A stretch of DNA of 64,000 nucleotides, from contig CAVWIP010000015.1 in NCBI GenBank assembly GCA_963755125.1, positions 32,001 to 96,000 on the forward strand, given 5' to 3'. Shown one piece after another: positions 23,702-33,353 of this stretch. How positions within the stretch are numbered: the first letter of the stretch is position 1; the number at the start of each line of letters is the position of its first letter. The stretch comes from an uncultured delta proteobacterium (GTDB lineage Bacteria; Myxococcota_A; Polyangia; Fen-1088). The notes beneath the pieces were generated by a model that was not told the DNA's origin, made no database searches, and saw only the letters and a list, made by a program, of their open reading frames with translations. A program made the translations under genes and the position numbers.

Positions 23702-24595
23702 ATGCCAGGCAGTATCGGCTTGTTCATCCGCAGCAGGGACAACGACTTTCAACGACGCTTGGAAGAAGACGCTCAGCGCGAGGCGAAGCACCAGGATTTC
23801 CAGCTTCTCGTGGAGTCGGCGCAATTTGATGCCAGCCGGCAGGTCGTGCAGATCCGCGACGCTATCAAGAACGCCTCCGCGAGCAAACTCTCCGCCCTGC
23901 TGGTCAGCGGCGTGCAGGACGAGGAGTTGCGCCCGGTTGCCCAGGAAGCCGCCGAGGCTGGCCTGGATTGGGCCATGCTCAATGAGGCAGCGTTCATCGA
24001 CGACATTCGCCGCCAGTATCCCAAGCGGGCCGTTTTTGCTGTCACCTGTGATCAGGTTGAACTTGGCCACGTTCATGCGCAGCAGGTCCGCGCCCTACTC
24101 GGGGATGCGGGTCGCGTGCTGTGTGTCACCGGGTACCTTCGGAACGCATCAGCGGTGCAGCGTTTGGCCGGCTTGAAGCAAGGCCTCGATGGCAAGTTCG
24201 ATCTCATCGAACTCAATGGCGACTGGACCAGCGAAGGAGCACGCATGGCTGTTGCACGCTGGGCCAGCGAAATTACCTCGAAAGAGGATCTGCCAGGCAT
24301 GTTCGTGGCCCACAACGACGAAATGGCCCTGGGCGTGCGCCAGGCCGCGCGCGACCTCGATTCACAGCGCAACTTGCCCCTGGCCAGAACCCCCATCACC
24401 GGCTGCGACGGATCGCAGACCTTCGGCCAGCGTCTGGTTCGCGAACGGCGTTTACAGGCAACGGTGATCACGCCCCCCGGATCGGGCGTGGCCATTGAAT
24501 GGATCGCCCGCGTGCGTGGCAAGGGCGAGATGCCCCCGGTCCGCGTGCTGCTGCCGGCAACCTCTTTCCCGGCGCTCGCGAGCCTGCGGAAGTAG
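23702..24595 (+). CDS. Stand-alone LacI/RbsB-type sugar-binding domain protein
   Basis: GDW, AHNDEMALG, ITGCDG, LQATV motifs; no signal peptide or HTH. Confidence 0.8.
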   Translation: MPGSIGLFIRSRDNDFQRRLEEDAQREAKHQDFQLLVESAQFDASRQVVQIRDAIKNASASKLSALLVSGVQDEELRPVAQEAAEAGLDWAMLNEAAFIDDIRRQYPKRAVFAVTCDQVELGHVHAQQVRALLGDAGRVLCVTGYLRNASAVQRLAGLKQGLDGKFDLIELNGDWTSEGARMAVARWASEITSKEDLPGMFVAHNDEMALGVRQAARDLDSQRNLPLARTPITGCDGSQTFGQRLVRERRLQATVITPPGSGVAIEWIARVRGKGEMPPVRVLLPATSFPALASLRK

Positions 24596-24681
24596 TCGAT
24601 GTGGGTGGCGTGGCGGGCGACTTGACGCCGCTGGCCCTTGTGCGAAGCCGATTCCGAGTTTATGAGTAGACCGCTACGCTG

Positions 24682-24769
24682 GGAGGAGTGGCCGAGTGGT
24701 CGAAGGCGACGGTCTTGAAAACCGTAGCGCCTCAAAAGGGCGCCAAGGGTTCGAATCCCTTCTCCTCCT
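24682..24769 (+). tRNA. tRNA-Ser (anticodon TGA)
   Basis: Acceptor GGAGGAG/CTCCTCC, anticodon arm ACGGT-CTTGAAA-ACCGT, long variable arm, GGTTCGAATCC; CCA not encoded. Confidence 0.93.
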
Positions 24770-24773
24770 CTAT

Positions 24774-24851
24774 TGAGATGGGAACCCTGGGAAGGTTCCC
24801 AAACCCTCCCGCGATGGTCCGCGGCGAGCAAAGCTCGCCGGCTCCCCACGC
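24774..24851 (+). repeat. Dispersed hairpin element, copy 1 (no inserts)
   Basis: TGAGATGGGAACCCTGGGAAGGTTCCCAAACCCTCCCGCGATGGTCCGCGGCGAGCAAAGCTCGCCGGCTCCCCACGC; related copies at 31241 and 42428. Confidence 0.9.
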
Positions 24852-24931
24852 GCTCATGGGAGGCCTCCAGAACCCGCGACGTGTGCGTGCGAAGCGCGTG
24901 GGGCAGGGGGGGTGGGGCCAACGCGACTTGA

Positions 24932-25272
24932 TTACCGTATATGCTCTGCCAGCCATCGGACGCGCCGCGTGCGGATCGGCTGGATAGCGCGAGAGAAACA
25001 GCGCAGCCTGTCGCCCGATTTCGCCTCGGTCACGCTTGGCTGCCAAGGCTTCCAACGCGACGACGTCGGCATCCGGGGCAAGCGCGCCATCCGGGAAATC
25101 GCGATGGTAGCGCTGGATGAGACGTATGGCTTCATCGTACTCGCCGGTTGCGTTTGCGGCTCGCGCCGTGTCAATTCGCGAAACTTCCGCGGCCAGGGTC
25201 AACGTGTCCAGCACAAGCGTGTCAGCGGTTTCGTCCCCAGGATTGGCCTGTGCGGCCCCTCCAGGGCCGGGG
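24932..25272 (-). pseudogene. C-terminal TPR fragment of a putative anti-sigma-type protein
   Basis: LAAEVSRIDTARAA...YHRDFPDGALAPDADVVALEAL...FLSRYPADPHAAR, apparent frameshift into VRWLAEHIR*; no N-terminus. Confidence 0.7.
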
Positions 25273-25530
25273 CCCCGGCTTGATGTCACAAAGCCGCCGG
25301 GCCGCAACCCAGAAGACCTCTTGGGCGGCATCGTCGAGTTGCGCGGGCAGCACGCCGAGGCGGCGCAAGAGCCGCCAGATCGAGGCGTAGTGCGTCTCGA
25401 ACAGCGAGAGCAGATCCATCACTTCGGCTTTGAGGGCAAGCGGACGGGCGGAGCGGGCGCGATCGGTCAAGTTGTCAACCTTGGCCGAGGTCGCGGCGAA
25501 CGGCAAATCGCCGGCGAAGATAGGATCCAT
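25273..25530 (-). pseudogene. Truncated ECF sigma-70 factor (start of region 2 only)
   Basis: LFETHYASIWRLLRRLGV...LDDAAQEVFWVAARR; similarity ends abruptly after DIKPG. Confidence 0.8.
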
Positions 25531-25533
25531 TCA

Positions 25534-25977
25534 TCAGAAATGCACGCCTGCGCCCAGTAGGCCATAGGCCGCCCAGATCGAGGACCCGAAGATTCGGCTG
25601 CCGTCGGCCCGTTCTGCCGTGAGTTGACCGACGGTGAATCCACCGCCCAGCTTGGCCCCGATGTGGAAGACGGAACCGAAATTGTACTGCGCCTCGGCCC
25701 CGATATTCACCGTGCCGAAGCCGACGTCTTTCGACTGGATCTGCGTACCATCAGCCGCTTTGGTCCGCAGATACATGATGCCGCCGCCGTACTCGCCACA
25801 GAACAGGACCACCAGTCCTCGCGTGTCGTAGAGGGGAGACTGGCAGAGGCCGATTCCGAAGGAAAGCCCGCTCATGTCGGTCTTCGTGTCGGTCGACGCA
25901 TAAGTCGCGGGGCCAAGAAAGCCGACGTGAAGTTGAACGACCGGACCCGCGATTCGTTGGGCTAGCCCGCCTCGCGA
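25534..25977 (-). pseudogene. 5'-truncated outer-membrane beta-barrel-like protein
   Basis: Amphipathic strand pattern ending GLLGAGVHF*; upstream in-frame stop, no signal peptide. Confidence 0.55.
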
Positions 25978-26053
25978 TCACGAAAAATGCGACCCTGGGA
26001 ACACAGCGAAAGACCCCAAGCCGGAGGCTATCGCAGGGTTAGCTGGCCTTCGC

Positions 26054-26084
26054 ACTTGAGATCTGGCCGGATCTCAAGTAGGAC
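26054..26084 (+). promoter_or_regulatory. Near-perfect palindrome overlapping a putative sigma70 promoter of tRNA-Ser(GCT)
   Basis: ACTTGAGATC-TGGCCG-GATCTCAAGT; TTGAGA-17 bp-TAGGAC. Confidence 0.5.
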
Positions 26085-26095
26085 CAAGCATTCAC

Positions 26096-26189
26096 GGAGA
26101 GGTGGCCGAGAGGCCGAAGGCGGCGGTTTGCTAAACCGTTATACGGGCGAAAACCTGTATCGTGAGTTCGAATCTCACCCTCTCCGCCA
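26096..26189 (+). tRNA. tRNA-Ser (anticodon GCT)
   Basis: Acceptor GGAGAGG/CCTCTCC, G73, CCA encoded, anticodon loop TTGCTAA, long variable arm. Confidence 0.95.
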
Positions 26190-26195
26190 AAACTC

Positions 26196-28588
26196 GTGAC
26201 GGACAGCAGCCAGCAGACTCCGGCAGAGGACGAGACCGAGTTTTCGAGCTTGCGCAAGCGGGTGGCCGAGCTCGAGCTGGCGCTAGGCGAGCACCAGGCC
26301 CTGGAGTCGAGCTTCCGCGGTTTCATGTTGTTGCGCAGCGAGGGGGTCGTGCGCTACGACGGCGAGCCCAAGTTGCCTATCGACTGGCCGGCGCGCCGGC
26401 AGGCCGAGTTCCTGCTGGACCACGTGGTGGTGGCCGAGTGCAACCACGCCTACGCGCGCCTGTACGGCCTCGAACGCGCTGAGCAAATGGTCGGCGCATC
26501 CATGTGTGGCAACATGGCCGGCACCCGGGAAGAGAAGATCGCGCGTCTGTGCGACTTCGTTCGGGCCGGCTACCGGGTCGCGGATTTCGAGATACTCGAC
26601 GTGGATCGCCGCGGCCGCAAGATGTGGACCTCGAACACCATCATCGGCGTCATCGAAAAGCGCCACCTCATCTACGCCTGGGGGCTGCAGCGGGACATCA
26701 CGGCCGAGAAGGAAAAGCTTCTGACGTTGCAGCAAAGCGAGTCGGAGGTACAACGGCGCGCGGAGCAACTGGCGGGCGAGGTCGCTCTGCAAAAGCAGTT
26801 TGCCGAGAACGTCCTGCGCAGCATCGCCGACGGTGTGTTTACCATCGATGCGCGACACCGGATCACGTCGTGGAATCCTGGGGCGGAAGCCATCACCGGC
26901 CTGTCGGGGAGCGATGTCATCGGCCGGCCCTGCGGTGAGGTCTTGCACTCGGATTGGTGCGATGACCGCCCCCTGTGCGACAGCCTCGGCTGTCCCGCGG
27001 ATCGCGCGTGCGCCACTCGGCGTCCCTCGCCACGGATCGAGGTCACCCCGTCCTATCGGGACGGACGCAAGGTGGTGATGTCGCTGTCGGCGGCGCCACT
27101 GCTCGACGAGCGGGGTGAACCAGCCGGCGCGGTGTGCGTGTTCCGCGACGTCAGCCGCGAGCGAGAGCTGCTGACCAGCATCCAGCGGGCCAACGAGGCC
27201 AAGAGCCTGTTTCTGGCCAACATGTCGCACGAGATCCGCACGCCCATGAACGCCATCCTGGGCTTCTCTCAGCTCTTGCTCAAAGATCGCGCGCTGGGTC
27301 CCACCCAGCGCCAGCACATGGACACCATCGTGCGCAGCGGCCAGCACCTACTGGCGGTCATCAACGACATTCTGGACATGTCCAAGATCGAGGCTGGCCG
27401 TGTCGAGTTGAGCGTTGCCGCCTTCCATCTGCGCAGTCTGGTTTCGGACATGGCCGCCATCTTCCGCCTTCGAACCAACGCCAAGGGCTTGCTGTTTCGG
27501 GTCGAGATTGCCGAAAACCTGCCCTTTGTGGTGCGGGGTGATGGGGACAAGTTGCGCCAGATCTTCAGCAACCTGCTTGGCAACGCCATCAAGTTCACCG
27601 AGCGCGGCCATGTGATCTGGCGGCTGCGCGGCGAGCGCGTTTCCGACGGTGCATGGCGCTTGCTGGTGGACGTGGAGGACACGGGGTTGGGCATTCCGGC
27701 TGCTGACCTGGGACGGATTTTCGATGCCTTCTTCCAGACTGCCGCTGGCGTCCGCACCGGGGGTGGTGCCGGGCTGGGCCTTGCCATCAGTCGAGAGTTG
27801 GTGCGTCTGATGGGTGGCACAATCAGCGTCGACAGTGAGCCTGGCAAAGGCAGTTGTTTTCACGTCGCCGTCCGCCTGGAGGAGGGCGATGCCGCTCTCG
27901 CGACTGGCATCGATCCGGCGCGACGTGTGGTGGGGATCCGGCCCGGACAGGCGGCCTTTCGCGTCTTGGTCGTCGGCGAGGCCGGCGACGGCCCCGAACT
28001 TCTGGTCCCCATGTTGGACGCGGTGGGATTCGAGACGCGACAGGTTGCCGAGCAGGGCGAGGTCCTGCCGGTCTTCGAGGAATGGGCGGCTCACGCCGTG
28101 TTCGTGGACGTGACCGCGCGTGCGCCACGCGGCGGCGCAGTCGTCGAGCGGGTCAAAGCTTCGACCAGAGGCAAGCGCACACCGGTGGTGGCGCTGGTCG
28201 GCCGCGACAACCAGGCCGAGCGCCAACGGGCCGTGGCGGCCGGTGCGGACGATGTGGTCGGGGTACCCCTGCGACGGCCCGAGGTGTTCGAGAAACTGTG
28301 GGCCTGCCTGGGCGTGGAATACGTGTACCTTCGGTCGGACGCCACCGGCCGATCCGGGGCGGGCGGTCCGTTGACTCTGCTGTCGCTGCGGGACATCCTT
28401 GCTGCCGCGCCCGCGGTCTTGACCGACGGACTGCGCGATGCCACCACAGCGGGCGACTTCGATAGGATGCTTCTGCTCATCGATCGGATCACGGTGTACG
28501 AACCCAGGGCAGGCGTGGCCCTGCGGGCACTGGCCGATGGGTTCGAATACCAGCAACTCCTCGACACGCTGCCGCCGCGCGGGGAAAC

Positions 28589-28592
<4 letters not shown>
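26196..28592 (+). CDS. PAS-PAS hybrid histidine kinase with degenerate receiver
   Basis: SHEIRTPMNAI, NAIKFT, GAGLGL; receiver lacks the acidic pair and the conserved Lys; GTG start 7 nt after tRNA. Confidence 0.88.
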
Positions 28593-29695
<1,103 letters not shown>

Positions 29696-29723
29696 CCCCC
29701 AATTTGCGATACACTGCGACCCG

Positions 29724-30050
29724 ATGCTCGAGAAGTGGTCGCTCGTTGTCGCGGGTGCGGCCGTGCTCGCATCGGCCGCAGCACTCGCCATGCCCGTGGT
29801 GGTGCGCGTTCCCATCGTGAAGCCGCACGGCGCAGCCGATCCCGCCGACGCCGGGCTGTTCTCCCACTGGCTACACGACCAATATCCGTGTTTCGCCTGC
29901 CATCCGGCGATCTTTCCCAGGGCGCCCAAGGGCTTCACCCATGACGAGATGGATGAGGGCAAGTTCTGCGGCGCCTGCCACAACGGCCAGAGCGCCCCGC
30001 CGGCCAGCGGGGCGCGCGCGACCTGCCGCAAGTCGTGTCACGCCAAATGA
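29724..30050 (+). CDS. Periplasmic c7-type triheme cytochrome c
   Basis: Signal peptide; FSHWLH; CFACH, CGACH and CRKSCH (CX3CH). Confidence 0.85.
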   Translation: MLEKWSLVVAGAAVLASAAALAMPVVVRVPIVKPHGAADPADAGLFSHWLHDQYPCFACHPAIFPRAPKGFTHDEMDEGKFCGACHNGQSAPPASGARATCRKSCHAK

Positions 30051-31243
30051 CGAGTTGCCTGCACATCACACTTGCTCTGATCGCCATGGGTGGCCCCGTG
30101 GCCACGGCTCAGGCTGCGGATTCGTCGGCGCAGCCACCGGCCGCTGAGAATACGGAGGTGAGAGGAGAGGGCACGGAGAAGGCCGCGCAGGAATCTCCAC
30201 CGCCTAAGGCAGAGACTGAACCGGATCACGCGCACGAATCGCCTTTGCTGTTTCCCGGCGGTATCCGCATCGGCGGTCTCTTCGATGCGAGCTACGAGCG
30301 CGTGGATATGAATGGCAGCCTGAGCAGCGGCCAGAACGCCTTTCGCAACTATCACCACTTCGTGTTCATCTCGCGCCAAGGGGACGACATCCCCATCGGG
30401 TTCAACGCCGAGGTCATCAACCAGTACTTCTACGAGCTGACCGCGCGTTTGTGGCGAAAGGGCTCCTTTCGCGTGTCCGCGCGCGCGGGCAAGATCATGG
30501 TGCCGTTCGGGCCTGATCCACTGTTTCACAAGAACTACGGCGGGTTGAGCGCGATAGACCAGAAGCTCCTGCCCGTGGTGTGGTCGTCCTTCGGCGCCAG
30601 TGTGCGCGCCGATGCGTTGGTGAAAGGGTTTTCTCTGGCTGACGATCTCTACGTCGTGCAGGGCTTCGATCTGTCCGCCCGTGACAGCACCCTCGACATG
30701 CAGAGCGACCTGCAAGCGTACGACGGTGCGCGCGTGGCGGTGGGCGACCGCGTGTCCCTCTCGCGTGGGCCAGTGACGGCGTGGTATTCCCTGTACTGGA
30801 ATCCCATGCGTTTTGGCCGCAGCCTGCTCATGCAGGCAATTGACCTGGCGATCTGGCGTCCGGCATGGCCGGTGGTTAACCGACTGGCCTTGGGGGTGGG
30901 CCTGCTGCGGGCGCATGTGTCGACCGACAGCAGCTACGGCACGCCCAATGCTGTTCCCGACGCCGGCGCTTACTACGATTTCGCCGACTACGTGTGGTTG
31001 CGCGTCTACGCGAGCAACTGGCTGTACCTGCAGGCGCGCAGCGGGCTCATGACGTTCAACAACCACACGGGATTCTCCTACGATGCGGCGCGCGCCACCT
31101 CGGCCGACGGTTCACATCACAACCTGATGTTGGTCGCAGAGTGCGCCGGCGCCCAGTTCAGTCTGGGCTACTACTGGAACTTCGAGAAGGTGGACGAGTA
31201 CGCCAACGACTTCCTGCGCTTCATGGTGATGTATGCCTTTTGA
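30047..31243 (+). CDS. Putative outer-membrane beta-barrel (porin)
   Basis: Signal peptide, alternating aromatic strands, GKIMVPFG motif, C-terminal YAF; ATGA-coupled to the cytochrome. Confidence 0.7.
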   Translation: MTSCLHITLALIAMGGPVATAQAADSSAQPPAAENTEVRGEGTEKAAQESPPPKAETEPDHAHESPLLFPGGIRIGGLFDASYERVDMNGSLSSGQNAFRNYHHFVFISRQGDDIPIGFNAEVINQYFYELTARLWRKGSFRVSARAGKIMVPFGPDPLFHKNYGGLSAIDQKLLPVVWSSFGASVRADALVKGFSLADDLYVVQGFDLSARDSTLDMQSDLQAYDGARVAVGDRVSLSRGPVTAWYSLYWNPMRFGRSLLMQAIDLAIWRPAWPVVNRLALGVGLLRAHVSTDSSYGTPNAVPDAGAYYDFADYVWLRVYASNWLYLQARSGLMTFNNHTGFSYDAARATSADGSHHNLMLVAECAGAQFSLGYYWNFEKVDEYANDFLRFMVMYAF

Positions 31244-31375
31244 GATGGGAACCCTGGGAGGGTTCGCTTCGCCCTTCGGCCCCCCACCCGCCCCGCCGCC
31301 GCGCTCGCTCCGCTCGGCCTCGCCAAACCCTCCCGCGATGGTACGCCGCCGGCAAAGCCGGCGGGCTCCCCACGC
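31241..31375 (+). repeat. Dispersed hairpin element, copy 2 (57-nt insert at 31266-31322)
   Basis: Same core as 24774; its TGA is the porin stop codon. Confidence 0.9.
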
Positions 31376-31775
31376 AATTCGAAGCGCATTCTTCTGCTTG
31401 CTGTCGGTGATCCTGCTCGCCGGGGCTTGCGCAGATTTTCGGCGTGGTCCGCCGCCTGATGGATCCCCTGACGGACCAGCACTTGTCGATGATCCCGTGT
31501 TCGACAACAGCGTCTACCCCATCCTGCTGTCCGACTGTCAATCCTGCCATTCGCAGGGGGGCGAGGCTGGGTTCAGCCGGTTCGTGCTGACCGGGAATGC
31601 GCAGGCAGATCGGGCCATGGTTGTGGCGCTGGTCTACCCCGATTATCCGGATGGCAGTCTGCTCTTGCAGCGCGCGACTGGAAACGACCACCCCGGCGGC
31701 CAGGTCATAGCCGTAGACAGTCCAGAATATGCGACGATCCGCGACTGGATAGCGAGTCTGCCTACCGCACCGTGA
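31338..31775 (+). CDS. Monoheme c-type cytochrome lipoprotein
   Basis: Lipobox-like LAGAC, CQSCH, distal His candidate in NDHPGG; in-frame starts at 31245 and 31338 lie inside the repeat element. Confidence 0.75.
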   Translation: MVRRRQSRRAPHAIRSAFFCLLSVILLAGACADFRRGPPPDGSPDGPALVDDPVFDNSVYPILLSDCQSCHSQGGEAGFSRFVLTGNAQADRAMVVALVYPDYPDGSLLLQRATGNDHPGGQVIAVDSPEYATIRDWIASLPTAP

Positions 31776-31802
31776 TTGGGCAGCAACCCGCTGGTGGGAA
31801 GA

Positions 31803-32495
31803 TCAATCGCCGCGCAGGCGTTCGATTAGCCTTTCCTGCTCATCGCGCGACAAGGCCCAGTCGCTGATGGGGTAGACCAGATGTTCCTCGTCTTCGTGGT
31901 GGCGGGTCAGGCTGCGCCGCACTTGCGGCAAGAGGGCTTCGCTGGCCAGGACATCCTGCCTGGCAAAAGCCGCTGCCAGCTCGGGGAGAAGGGCGCGCAA
32001 CTCTGCATGCTCGGCGACCATGCCAGGCACGGCGCGTGCCACGGCCTCGGACATCCGTTGCATGGCGGGGAAGAGCAACTCCTCCTCGGCGGCCATGTGA
32101 CGGCTGAGTGCCTCGATCAATTTCGCAAGATGCCAGTCGGCCTCGGCCAGTGCGCCGATCCGCAGGGAGTGCTGGATCTCGTTCAGCAGGCCGTCGATGC
32201 GGGCATGGTCGGCCCTCAGGTGTTCCGCCAGGGTGAGTTGCTGTCCCGGGCGGCGCAGTTGTAGTTCGGCACGAAACAGGTCAGCCGCCAGCGGCGAGAT
32301 GGCGCAATCCACTTCGCCCTGGTGCATCTGGCGGAAAGTGGTGAGGGTGGGTCTCGGATCTCGGTCGGTGACCAGAACCACGCGGCGTCCGCTGCGCAGT
32401 TCCTCCAAGGCGCGGGCCAGCGCCACGCGGCGGTCATCCAAAGACAATCCGCGAACGTCGACCTGAAGGGGCTCGGCGCTGCCTGGTGCGGGCAT
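31803..32495 (-). CDS. DUF2249-like plus hemerythrin domain protein
   Basis: VDVRGL...DRDPRP; DH, HMAAEEELLFP, EH, HHEDEEHLVYP. Confidence 0.85.
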   Translation of the reverse strand: MPAPGSAEPLQVDVRGLSLDDRRVALARALEELRSGRRVVLVTDRDPRPTLTTFRQMHQGEVDCAISPLAADLFRAELQLRRPGQQLTLAEHLRADHARIDGLLNEIQHSLRIGALAEADWHLAKLIEALSRHMAAEEELLFPAMQRMSEAVARAVPGMVAEHAELRALLPELAAAFARQDVLASEALLPQVRRSLTRHHEDEEHLVYPISDWALSRDEQERLIERLRGD

Positions 32496-32595
32496 ACAGT
32501 TCCACCTACATCGACTTGCGACGACTGACAAGTGACAGCGAGATAAGCCGTCACGGCAAGGCGTTTGGGTTACGATCTATGATGGAAAGGTGATT

Positions 32596-33192
32596 ATGGA
32601 TTCGCGCAAGCCAGCCTCCCCAGCCGACGCGCCCCCGCCAGCCGCTCGAAACCGGCAAGCGGCCGAGGAAGAAGAGCGTCGGCTCTTTGAAGCCGCGATG
32701 CAAGGGGTGCGGCCCTTGCCGCTCGGGCCCCGGCGCGCAGTGCCCGACTGGGAAGCGGAGCCGCCTGCGCCGACGGCGAAGCAGCGCCCCCGGCGGCTGC
32801 GGGAAGCGCTGCATGTGGAAGAGGACGGCGAAAGATTGACCGGTGCGGCCTTCGGCGTGGCCCACGACCTGGTCCGCTCGCTCGCGCGCGGTGAGATCGT
32901 GCCCGAGGCCGAATTGGATTTGCACCATCTGACAGCCGATGTGGCCGCCCACCAGGCCGAGCGTTTCATCGAGCAGGCGGTGGCAAAGGGTCGGCGTTGC
33001 GTGCTGCTAATTCACGGCCGTGGACTGCACTCCGGCCCGGGCGGGCCAGCCCTGCGACCGGCCCTGGTCGAGATCCTGTGCCGGCGGCCGCTGGCCGAGC
33101 AAGTGCTGGCTTTCACCTCGGCCCCGCCCCGTCACGGCGGCCCGGGCGCGCTGCTTCTGCTCTTGCGACGCCCTAGGCTGAACCATGCGTAG
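32596..33192 (+). CDS. Smr/MutS2-domain protein
   Basis: LFEAAMQGVRPL, ELDLHHL, LIHGRG, HGGPGALLLLL. Confidence 0.9.
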   Translation: MDSRKPASPADAPPPAARNRQAAEEEERRLFEAAMQGVRPLPLGPRRAVPDWEAEPPAPTAKQRPRRLREALHVEEDGERLTGAAFGVAHDLVRSLARGEIVPEAELDLHHLTADVAAHQAERFIEQAVAKGRRCVLLIHGRGLHSGPGGPALRPALVEILCRRPLAEQVLAFTSAPPRHGGPGALLLLLRRPRLNHA

Positions 33193-33353
33193 GACAGAAG
33201 TTAGCCGTTTCACCACAGAGAGATCAGGGGGTACAGAGCCGGATCGGCTGCGGGCCGGTTCTCGTCGCTGAAGTGGGCCACTGGAGGACCCGACACCAGC
33301 AAAGGAGTTCCCATGGAAGACATTGAGACGACGTCGGGATGGGATTCAATCTT

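Noticed and set aside
24682..24769. Selenocysteine or suppressor tRNA, suggested by TGA in the anticodon loop
   Set aside because: Anticodon TGA reads UCA (Ser); tRNA-Sec has anticodon TCA and a longer acceptor stem.
25990..26040. Possible riboswitch (GACCCTG...CAGGGTT closing stem)
   Set aside because: No recognisable aptamer consensus; such pairing is common by chance at this GC content.
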